In this document: positions 18,801 through 26,338 of the stretch, piece after piece | Numbering within the stretch: position 1 is the stretch's first letter | Layout of the letters: every line of letters begins with the position of its first letter | DNA from: Polyangiaceae bacterium | GTDB taxonomy: Bacteria > Myxococcota_A > Polyangia > Polyangiales > Polyangiaceae | NCBI GenBank assembly: GCA_044376115.1 | Contig: JBILLK010000014.1 | Coordinates: 96,001-160,000 of the forward strand | Length of the DNA: 64,000 bases | Direction of reading: 5' to 3' | The notes under the pieces: model-generated | Told to the model about the DNA's origin: nothing | Seen by the model: the letters and a program-made list of their open reading frames with translations, nothing else | The model's database searches: none | Position numbers and translations under genes: made by a program

Positions 18801-19520
18801 GCCGTCCAAGGCGCTCACCGGAACCCGGCCCTCAACCGTCACCGTGCGCAAGTCACTGAGGTTGGACAGGATGCGCAGGCCCACTCGACCACCGGTGAGC
18901 TCAGCCACGCGCGGAGCGAGCTTCTCACACATCGAGTTGATGGCGTTTGCCCCCATCGCATCGCGCACGTCGACCACGAGGTGAACCACCAGCATCGGCC
19001 CGAGATTGTCCTCTTCGGGCTCAGCCGGCAGGTGCCGAACCACAACGTCGACAGCGCCGCCCCCAGCGCTAACCAGACCAAGGTGGCCTGCGTTGGCAGC
19101 GGCGATCAACTCCGCCTTCGCCGCGAGCAGAGCTTGTTCAGCAGCGCCTGCGTCGGGGACCTCGAGGACTTGGATCTGGCCGATCATGAGCGGCGCTGAG
19201 ACGGTAGAGCGCACGCCGCCGCCTTGGCGCAGCAGCTTCGCCGCGTAGCTGCACGCAGCCACCACGCTCGGCTCTTCAACGGCCATCGGCACGATGTGGT
19301 CTTTACCGTCCACCTGCATGTTGACGCACAACCCGAGAGGCAGGCCCATCACGCCCACGGCGTTCTCGACCATGTGCTCAGCCTGGCCGTCGGCGAGACC
19401 CTTGCCAGCGGCGAGCACCTCGAGGTCCGCACAAGCGAGTCCGGAGTGTTCCGCAGCAAGCTTGCGCCGCGCGGACATGTCGAGTTTGTAGAATCCCGGA
19501 AGCTCGCTTGTTTTTTTCAT
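15810..19520 (-). CDS. Three-domain ORF: class II HMG-CoA reductase + squalene synthase + extended SDR (3beta-HSD/HpnA-like)
   Basis: HMGR (~19520-18230): ENAVG, EEPSVVAA, DAMGAN, NKGIMNG, GIQSGHM. SQS (~18125-17110): SRTFAL, YLLCRIVDTVEDD, YCYYVAGTVG, LQLVNILKDVAED. SDR (16976-15810): VLVTGAAGHVG, YGRTK. No in-frame stop between domains. Confidence 0.88.
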   Translation of the reverse strand: MKKTSELPGFYKLDMSARRKLAAEHSGLACADLEVLAAGKGLADGQAEHMVENAVGVMGLPLGLCVNMQVDGKDHIVPMAVEEPSVVAACSYAAKLLRQGGGVRSTVSAPLMIGQIQVLEVPDAGAAEQALLAAKAELIAAANAGHLGLVSAGGGAVDVVVRHLPAEPEEDNLGPMLVVHLVVDVRDAMGANAINSMCEKLAPRVAELTGGRVGLRILSNLSDLRTVTVEGRVPVSALDGKGTGGGRELAKAIEEASVFAERDPYRAATHNKGIMNGVDAVLIALGQDWRAIEAGAHAFAARRGRYTALARWRHEGDFLVGRMTLPMAVGTVGGVVNVHPTVKINRRLCDLASTSELAAVVTAAGLAQNLSALRALSAEGIQSGHMRLHARNIALQAGADESEIARVASAIADRKTVNLEAAKSALAELRSGAAPVEVSAACPKAATAEASPPASPVAGPRLADENDQAFCSEILPSVSRTFALSIQALPLELRDAIGVAYLLCRIVDTVEDDRRLPPAVRGALFDAFDAVLARAAEGDASSASEFEAKSAAAGLGPKPHERLLCDRAGASFRVFASLPAEQRAAIFPSVAEMSKGMRAYSERADEEAGLRLRTLPDLEKYCYYVAGTVGELLTQLFALSFPVAPAARKELQARAISFGLGLQLVNILKDVAEDAERGDCFLPQAEAEAHGIALADLLVPSERSKGLALLRHLSTRARFHLDQAEEYTLLWPVQAAPVRLFCAVPLALALATLREVELGEDALRQGRAPTVSRALVMRVFEDALVATGDVSAPDPNRALASLFDRARTGVVGRPARPSGAAGAFSSANSGHDTTNSHDASTRGLEGDPMTTSFTPKTYGLQPRREFGGKVLVTGAAGHVGANLVYRLLSEDRDVRVLLREGSNNDAIDAIEAALGRKVERVFGDLRQPAAALAATRGCEAAFHVAARVSTASANERDLLDIYQCNVLGTANLLRAAGEAGVKRTVVTGSLSAVGLDMEDPSRPCDETMPFYPFAEHLPYGRTKSLVEHETLKAVVEGVDAVIATSCAVLGPWDYKPSRMGRTLIDFAQGKLRAFLPGGFDFVNVKDLVDGHIGALERGRTGQRYILSTAFVTVDELMDIFEEVSGRPRPKLRLPPTLMAGVAEVTSLFMSTFFPETPLRFTPAAVRLLRMQRKADTSKAQIELGFAPTDVRSAIHEAYAHFAERGLVPQGPARGGVESIPPAASETSSKEKEGAAA

Positions 19521-19624
19521 TTCGGACCCCATCCCCAGCGCAGACGACCGGCGTCGCCCAAGACGGCGCCTGGTCTTTACCTCGAACTCGCCGCACAACC
19601 AAGCCTCGCGCATCCCTCACTTTT

Positions 19625-19646
19625 GCTGCGAACTGGCGTTCGCAGC
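19625..19646. promoter_or_regulatory. Perfect inverted repeat GCTGCGAAC-tggc-GTTCGCAGC in a divergent promoter region; candidate operator
   Basis: 9-bp arms with a 4-nt spacer, between the divergent HMGR fusion and biotin carboxylase genes. Confidence 0.45.
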
Positions 19647-19760
19647 CGCCTGGTCGCGTCGAAGTGGACGCACTCGCTTGACCCCCCTACGCGCCTGCAG
19701 CACGAGCGGTTTCGGCACCGGCTGACTCAATAACCCCGATTCGACGGAGATGAAGAGCGC

Positions 19761-21167
19761 ATGTTCAATCGCATCTTGATCGCAAACCGAGGCGAAATCG
19801 CCTGCCGCATTCAACGGACCTGCAAACGGTTGGGCATCGAGACCGTTGCGGTGTACTCGGAGGCGGACAAGGACGCCCTGCACGTCAAAGCCGCGGACGC
19901 CGCCTATTGCGTGGGGCCCGCGCCGGTGCGTGAGAGCTACCTCAACATCGAGGCCATCCTTAAGGCGGCCAAGGATTCGGGCGCCCAGGCGATTCACCCG
20001 GGGTACGGGCTCTTGAGCGAGAAGGAGAACTTTGCCCAAGCGGTCAAAGAAGCCGGCCTTGTGTACATCGGGCCCCCGGCGAGCTGCTTGAACGCCTTCG
20101 GAGACAAGATCCGTGCGCGCGCTGTTGCACGCGCGGCGGGTTTACAGCCTCCGCCCGGAACCGACGGTCCGGTCGACGCGAGCGACAGCGAGTTGATCAC
20201 GCGGGAGGCCGAGCGAATCGGCTTCCCATTGCTGGTGAAAGCCGCAGGCGGCGGCGGCGGCATCGGCATGCAAATCGTTGAAACGGCAGACAAGCTTGCA
20301 CGCGCCATCGAGACTTGTTCGGACCGCGGCAAGAGCGCCTTTGGCGATCCCCGGGTGTACATGGAACGTTACGTAAAGAACCCCAAGCACATCGAGGTGC
20401 AGGTTCTGTGCGACCAACACGGCAAGGGAGTGGCGCTGTTCGAGCGTGAATGCAGTGCCCAGCGGCGCCATCAGAAAGTCTTGGAAGAAGCGCCCTCACC
20501 GGCGCCTTTCTTCAGTGGCGCAGAGGGTGAGGCGCGCCGAGCAAAACTGCTCGAGGCCGCGCTCAACGTGGTCCAGAGCGTGAAGTATGAAGGCGCTGGC
20601 ACGGTCGAGTTCGTCGCGAGCACGGAAGGCGAGCTGTTCTTCCTTGAGGTGAACGCGCGCCTGCAGGTCGAGCACTGCGTGACGGAGATGATCACCGGCA
20701 TAGATTTGGTCGAGCAACAGCTGCGCGTTGCAGCAGGCGAGCCGCTCTCCGCCGAGGTGCTGGCCCCCAAGCGCAAGGGTCATTCGATTGAAGCGCGTAT
20801 CTACGCAGAAAACCCCTTGAAGATGTTCGCGCCGCAGCCCGGTCGCTTGGACAAGATCGTATGGCCCGAGAGCGGCGAGGACGTGCGCATCGAGACCGGC
20901 GTTACAGAGGGCGACTCGGTCACGCCCTTCTACGATCCGATGATCGCCAAGTTGGTGGTCTGGGCCGAAGACCGCGCAGCTGCGCTGGCAAAGCTCGACC
21001 GCTGCCTCGAGAGCACGCAGATCACGCTCACCGGCCCTGCAGGTCCCAGCACGACGAACCTCGAGTTCTTGCGCAAGCTCGCCCAAACCGCTGAATTCGC
21101 GGCCGGCACCTACGACACCACCACCGCCGAGACGCTGGCCAAGGCGCTCAAGGCCGCAGCCAAATGA
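19761..21167 (+). CDS. Biotin carboxylase subunit of an acyl-CoA carboxylase
   Basis: ILIANRGEIACR, IHPGYG, KAAGGGGGIGM, ERECSAQRRHQK, EVNARLQVEH, FYDPMIAKL; no BCCP domain. Confidence 0.93.
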   Translation: MFNRILIANRGEIACRIQRTCKRLGIETVAVYSEADKDALHVKAADAAYCVGPAPVRESYLNIEAILKAAKDSGAQAIHPGYGLLSEKENFAQAVKEAGLVYIGPPASCLNAFGDKIRARAVARAAGLQPPPGTDGPVDASDSELITREAERIGFPLLVKAAGGGGGIGMQIVETADKLARAIETCSDRGKSAFGDPRVYMERYVKNPKHIEVQVLCDQHGKGVALFERECSAQRRHQKVLEEAPSPAPFFSGAEGEARRAKLLEAALNVVQSVKYEGAGTVEFVASTEGELFFLEVNARLQVEHCVTEMITGIDLVEQQLRVAAGEPLSAEVLAPKRKGHSIEARIYAENPLKMFAPQPGRLDKIVWPESGEDVRIETGVTEGDSVTPFYDPMIAKLVVWAEDRAAALAKLDRCLESTQITLTGPAGPSTTNLEFLRKLAQTAEFAAGTYDTTTAETLAKALKAAAK

Positions 21168-22942
21168 TGGACCTATCGATGACCACGCTCCTTGAACGCG
21201 CTGAAACCTGGCTGGCTCACGATCCTGAGGCGGGCACCCGCGCGGAGCTGAGCGCCCTCATAGAGCGAACCAAAGCCGGTGACGATGCGGCGTCGCAGGA
21301 CCTCGCGGAGCGCTTCGTGGGTCCGCTCGAGTTCGGCACGGCGGGCCTGCGCGGAGTGATCGGTGCAGGGGAAAGCCGCATGAACGTTGCGGTGATCTTG
21401 CGCACGACCTTCGGTCTCGGCACCTACCTATTGAACGATCCCGAGGCGAACGTGAAGGTCCGTGGCGTCGCGATCGGGTACGACGGGCGGCGCTTCAGTC
21501 GCGAGTTCGCTGAGGCGGCGGTGGGGGTGCTCGCAGCGATGGGCATCCCGTCACAGCTCTCCCAAGGGGTGTGCCCAACGCCGGTACTCGCCTACGCCGT
21601 CACGCGCTTGAACTCAGCCGCAGGCATCATGGTAACGGCCAGCCACAACCCACCCGAATACAACGGCTACAAGGTCTATTGGGGCAACGGCGCGCAGATC
21701 ATTCCGCCTCATGACAGGGGCATCGCGGCAGAGGTGGATCGCGCGCCCCATGCGGACCAGGTTCCCAACGTCGGCTTTGAGCAGGCGCGCAAATCGGGCC
21801 TGTTGCAGGACTTCCCGCTCGACCTCGAGCCCGCCTATTTGGACGCTGTTCAGGCGCTCTCGATCAAATCGGGCGGCGCCCGCGACGCAGCGATCGTTTA
21901 CACCGCGCTGCACGGCGTGGGCGATCGACTCGTGCGTGAGACGATGAAACGAGCCGGCTTCAGCAACGTGCACAGCGTGGCTCAGCAGGCCGAGCCGGAT
22001 GGCGAGTTCCCCACTGTCGCCTTCCCCAACCCCGAGGAGAAAGGTGCGCTCGATCTTTCGTATGCGCTAGCCGAGCAGGTCGGCGCTGATCTGATCCTCG
22101 CGAGCGATCCCGACGTCGACCGGCTGGCCGCTGCGGTGCGCAAGGCCAACGGAGACAAGCCGTTTACGCAGCTCACCGGCAACCAGGTCGGCGTGCTGCT
22201 CGGCCACTATCTGCTGACGGAGGGGCCCCACGGAGACAACCGTACGGCGCTCGCTTCCTGCGTCTCCTCACCGCAGCTGGGTGCCATCGCGCGAGCGCTT
22301 GGCGTGCACTACGAAGAGACGCTCACAGGCTTCAAGTGGATCGCCAACCGAGCGATGGAGTTGGAAAAGACGGCCGGCAAGTCCTTCGTCTTCGGCTACG
22401 AGGAGGCGCTCGGGTACACCGTGGGTCCGCTGGTGCGTGACAAGGACGGCATCAGCGCGGCGTTGCTTTTCGCTGAGCTGTGGGCCGGGTTGCGTGCCAA
22501 AGGGCAGACCGTGTTCGATGAGCTCGAGCGCATCGCGCGTGCCTACGGTTGCTTTGTAAGCAGCCAGCTGAGCGTCACGATGAAGGGCGCCGACGGCCTC
22601 AAGAAGATCCAGGAAGTGATGGCGCACTTGCGTTCAACGTCTGCAGCGGCGTTCGGCCCGGCAGAGGTGCTTGCGCTCTCCGACGTGAAGGCCGGAACCA
22701 AGCGCGCAGCCGACGGCAGCGAGTCGAAGTTGGTGCTGCCCCCAAGCGATGTGCTCATCTACGACCTCGTCGGCGGAAGCCGAATCATCGCGCGGCCGAG
22801 CGGGACTGAACCGAAGCTGAAGATCTACTTCGACGTTCGCGAGACCGTGGTTGGTAGTGAAGCGATGAGCGCGGCTGAGGCCCGAGCCACCGAGCGAATG
22901 GCGGCCATCGCAGCGGCGTTCAAGACTCACGCCGGACTCTAA
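21164..22942 (+). CDS. Phosphoglucomutase/phosphomannomutase
   Basis: FGTAGLRG, VTASHNP phosphoserine loop, DPDVDR, GYEEALG, RPSGTEPKLK. Confidence 0.93.
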   Translation: MMDLSMTTLLERAETWLAHDPEAGTRAELSALIERTKAGDDAASQDLAERFVGPLEFGTAGLRGVIGAGESRMNVAVILRTTFGLGTYLLNDPEANVKVRGVAIGYDGRRFSREFAEAAVGVLAAMGIPSQLSQGVCPTPVLAYAVTRLNSAAGIMVTASHNPPEYNGYKVYWGNGAQIIPPHDRGIAAEVDRAPHADQVPNVGFEQARKSGLLQDFPLDLEPAYLDAVQALSIKSGGARDAAIVYTALHGVGDRLVRETMKRAGFSNVHSVAQQAEPDGEFPTVAFPNPEEKGALDLSYALAEQVGADLILASDPDVDRLAAAVRKANGDKPFTQLTGNQVGVLLGHYLLTEGPHGDNRTALASCVSSPQLGAIARALGVHYEETLTGFKWIANRAMELEKTAGKSFVFGYEEALGYTVGPLVRDKDGISAALLFAELWAGLRAKGQTVFDELERIARAYGCFVSSQLSVTMKGADGLKKIQEVMAHLRSTSAAAFGPAEVLALSDVKAGTKRAADGSESKLVLPPSDVLIYDLVGGSRIIARPSGTEPKLKIYFDVRETVVGSEAMSAAEARATERMAAIAAAFKTHAGL

Positions 22943-22955
22943 GGAGAGGAAGGGC

Positions 22956-22977
22956 CGGGAGGTTTGGCAGCCTCCCG
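22956..22977. terminator. Hairpin between convergent genes; possible terminator
   Basis: CGGGAGGTT-tggc-AGCCTCCCG; no clear U tract. Confidence 0.35.
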
Positions 22978-22978
22978 A

Positions 22979-24505
22979 CTAGGCCTTGATGAATGGCAGG
23001 ATCTCGCTCATCACCGCGAGTTCAGCGTTCTCGTACTTCTGATAACCGGCGTACCAAGTCTCTGTTCCGATTTTGATTTCACCGTATCCCCCATGGTCTG
23101 GGGACTCAAACTCGGAGGGGCTGAGCCCCATGGCTTGGAGGACATTGCCCAGCCATTGATTGTAGAGCAGCCCAGTGTGCGAACTAACTGCGCTGTCCCC
23201 ACTCGACTGGTGCGCTGGTTTGGTGAGATTGCGATAGTCCGCGTAGTTGCCTGTGGTGAAGAAAGCACCAGCGCCTCCCGCGGTGACGACGGGCAGTTCG
23301 ATCGGGTCGTGCGTCAGGCAACCAGCTTCTTGGGTCCACTGCACCAAGGTGCCATCGAGGACCGTTCCCTCGCCGTCGGGGATGGCGTCGAGCTTGGCGA
23401 TGAGATCGAGGAAAACGGAGCCGAAGAACTCGCGATGGGCCGCGGCGATCGTCTGCTGTTGTTCACCGGAGGGGAACTGCGCCTGATGGGCAATGTCTTG
23501 GTGCCAATCTCCCGCGTAGGAGGAGAAGTGATCGCCGACGAACATGGTCGCGATCCTTGAGGTGTCGCAGGCGAACGCAGCGGCGATCACGTCGTTCTGC
23601 AATTGCCAGAAGCGGCGCTGTGCGCTCGGGTCCACGCCGAAGGTGCTGCTGTACTGGTCAACCGAACTCTCGCTGGGCGGAGTGATCTCACCGCAGGAAA
23701 CCTCCACGTTGAGCTTTCGCTGGAGTTCGTCGAGCCGCTCGAGATGGTCGTCGAGCCGCTGCTTGTCTTCGTTCGAGAGGCGACGACTTCCATTGCGCAA
23801 GCGCTTGTAGTTCTCGAGCACCCTGTCGACGACGAGCGGCCTCACCGTGGCAGGGTCTTCCTCGGGGACGAAGATCTTGTTGAAGAGCACCAGTGAATCG
23901 TTCTCGGGCGCGAGATTCTGGATCTCGCCCGACTGGTCGATCGGGCTCGTGTAGTAGGCGCTCATGCCGTTGCTTCCCACCACCAGACTGCGCTCCTTGA
24001 TCGTCGCGAGGTCGGCGTAGAAGGTGTTGGACCACGCGAGGATCTGATCGATCGTTGGACGACGTGTCATCATCTGCGCGTCGGTACCGTTGCCGTCATT
24101 CTCGGCGAAGTTGCCCAGATGCCCACCGCGATGGTGAGCCAGATAAAAGCTCACGTCGAGCCCGCGGAGAACGTTCATCTTGGCGGCCAGGGCACTGGTA
24201 AAGACGCCGGAATCCGCCGAGAGGACCGGGGAGAGCGAGGCGACGCCGTTCGCTACCTCAAGCGCGAGCGCACCTCGGCGCACGGCGCGCCCGGCGTACT
24301 GCATCGACTGAGTCAGCGTGGCCTCGTTCGGGTACATGTTCGCCTGCCAAATCCCGCCGTGGTTCGTCGCCAACGCGACGAAGCGTTTGCGGTCGCCCGG
24401 CGCCGCTTTGACCTCTTTCTTTGCCAGCGACGAAAGGAAAGGAACGGCGAGTACAAAACCCGCGGCTCCGCGCAGGAACATGCGGCGGTTGCGAGAAAGA
24501 ATCAC
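22979..24505 (-). CDS. DUF1552 (HXXSHH-type) Tat-exported protein
   Basis: RRMFLRG twin-arginine signal, RLDDHLERLDELQRKL, AFACDTSRIAT, WHQDIAH. Overlaps the stop of the DUF1592 gene. Confidence 0.8.
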   Translation of the reverse strand: MILSRNRRMFLRGAAGFVLAVPFLSSLAKKEVKAAPGDRKRFVALATNHGGIWQANMYPNEATLTQSMQYAGRAVRRGALALEVANGVASLSPVLSADSGVFTSALAAKMNVLRGLDVSFYLAHHRGGHLGNFAENDGNGTDAQMMTRRPTIDQILAWSNTFYADLATIKERSLVVGSNGMSAYYTSPIDQSGEIQNLAPENDSLVLFNKIFVPEEDPATVRPLVVDRVLENYKRLRNGSRRLSNEDKQRLDDHLERLDELQRKLNVEVSCGEITPPSESSVDQYSSTFGVDPSAQRRFWQLQNDVIAAAFACDTSRIATMFVGDHFSSYAGDWHQDIAHQAQFPSGEQQQTIAAAHREFFGSVFLDLIAKLDAIPDGEGTVLDGTLVQWTQEAGCLTHDPIELPVVTAGGAGAFFTTGNYADYRNLTKPAHQSSGDSAVSSHTGLLYNQWLGNVLQAMGLSPSEFESPDHGGYGEIKIGTETWYAGYQKYENAELAVMSEILPFIKA

Positions 24506-26250
24506 GGCGCCTCCTGGAATGACCGTCGCTTGAACGCATCGGTGAGTGCGACCGTGCGCAGCACCTCTGCCATCGGTTGACCTTCGTCGAGCGCGGTCGT
24601 CAGAGCGTCCAGCGCACAAGCATCGAGTTCAAAGTCCTCCATGCGACCGAAGGTGAATCGGAAGTAGTGACGAGCGAAGCACGCGCGCGGCTTCTTGCTT
24701 GCTGCGATCAAGTCAGTGAGCTCGGAGACCGAGCTGACGGCTACCTCGGAGTCGTCGACAGCCGGAACGGCCGTCGAGTCGATCGGCGCCGAGCCGACCA
24801 CACTCCCCGCCTCATCAAACAAGGTTTGCTCGGTCCGCGGTCGACCAAGCGAGTCGAAGTTCTCGGAGACGAAGCCGAGCGGATTGATCAGCCCGACGTG
24901 ACAGCCTGCGCACGAGCCGGAGCCGGTCAGACCCTCGACAACCTCCCTGGTCGTTGATGACTCACTCAGTTGCGGAGGACTGGCCGCAGCGTTGGGCGGA
25001 GGAGGGGGAATCTCGTCGCAGAGCAACGCTTTGCGGATGAAGACGCCCTTCATGATTGGACGAGTATTGGCCGAACCAGTCGAAAGAAAGGCTGCGCGCG
25101 AGATCAGACCGCGGCGGCCATCGAAGCCGAACGCCGGAGGCTCACTGGTGCCGTCCCAGATCGGCGATTCATAAAGTGTCGCGAGGTCCTCGGTACGAGC
25201 GAACGACTTGTCGCTGGTGAGTAGGTCCTCGAACGTGCCGCCTTGGAACGCGTAGTAGGTTGCGGCGTCTGCGACTTCAGACAGCATGTGCTCGCGCAGA
25301 TCAGGTCCCGGAGTAAACCCGTTGCTGAAGGCGTCGAAGATAGGATCTCCAACACGTGAGTCGAGCTCCTCGAGCGTGGTGTTCTCGAGCCACTCGGTGA
25401 AGAACGTGTTCACCGCATCGCGGGTACGCTCACTCGTGTAGATCCGCTCCACTTGAGCTTGGTAGCCAGCGGGTGTGAGTAGCTCTCCGGAGCGCGCCGC
25501 GGAGAGCAGTTCATCGTCGGGCATCGATTGCCAGAAGTGGTACGAGAGCCGCGATGCCAACTCGTAGGCGCTCAGGTCAACGTAGGCGTCCTCGGCGCCC
25601 TCACCATGCTCGACGAAGTAGAGCATTTGCGGTGCTGTGAGCAGCAGCGCTACCACGTCAGCGTAGTCGGCCGGCTCGAACGGAGCCGCACCAGCGACTT
25701 CACGATAGAACGCCACATCCTCTGCAGACACCGCGGAGCGCAAGGCGCGTTCACCAAAACCTTGGATGAAGGCGTCCAGGCAAGCGTCGTCGTTAGTCGA
25801 ATCTGCGTCGGTTGCACATTCCCCGACGACTTGCGGCAGGAGCTGAGCGGACGTCAGCGCCGCGCCGACCTGGCTGGCGATGACGTACGTTACGTCGACG
25901 TGCTCTTGGTGCACCGCTTGGTCGAGTCGGGTGAAGCCACCGTAGTGTTTATCAGGGCCGACCCTTCGGTCATCGGGGACCTGTGCAAACAGCGGCGTCA
26001 ACGTCGCAACGATCCCGGGGGCCTCAGCGGGCGCCACGACGGCGATCAAATCTGCCACCGTGTTCTGATATTGCACGCTCGAAAGACGCCGCAGCGGCAG
26101 CGCTTGCGGCACCGCTAACGGATCGCACTCGAAGGAGGTGGGATTGGTTGGAATCGGAGCGTCGGGCGAGGACGACTCGTTCTCGCCGATGTCGCCAATG
26201 CATCCGGAGACGAGCCCAACGGCAGCAAGGAGCAGCCAACGCAAGCGCAT
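24502..26250 (-). CDS. DUF1587/1595/1592/1588-domain lipoprotein with a CxxCH motif
   Basis: Lipobox LVSGC, LRRLS..QY.NTV, YELASRLSY.FW.SMPD, RPIMKG, CAGCH, GF..ENFD..GR. Confidence 0.85.
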   Translation of the reverse strand: MRLRWLLLAAVGLVSGCIGDIGENESSSPDAPIPTNPTSFECDPLAVPQALPLRRLSSVQYQNTVADLIAVVAPAEAPGIVATLTPLFAQVPDDRRVGPDKHYGGFTRLDQAVHQEHVDVTYVIASQVGAALTSAQLLPQVVGECATDADSTNDDACLDAFIQGFGERALRSAVSAEDVAFYREVAGAAPFEPADYADVVALLLTAPQMLYFVEHGEGAEDAYVDLSAYELASRLSYHFWQSMPDDELLSAARSGELLTPAGYQAQVERIYTSERTRDAVNTFFTEWLENTTLEELDSRVGDPIFDAFSNGFTPGPDLREHMLSEVADAATYYAFQGGTFEDLLTSDKSFARTEDLATLYESPIWDGTSEPPAFGFDGRRGLISRAAFLSTGSANTRPIMKGVFIRKALLCDEIPPPPPNAAASPPQLSESSTTREVVEGLTGSGSCAGCHVGLINPLGFVSENFDSLGRPRTEQTLFDEAGSVVGSAPIDSTAVPAVDDSEVAVSSVSELTDLIAASKKPRACFARHYFRFTFGRMEDFELDACALDALTTALDEGQPMAEVLRTVALTDAFKRRSFQEAP

Positions 26251-26338
26251 GCTCGAATGGTAGTTGAGCCGCGTCCAAAGGTTGGCGGAAACCTGCGTAG
26301 CCGCAGAAAGCCACATTGCCGCACAGCGTGCGACGCAC

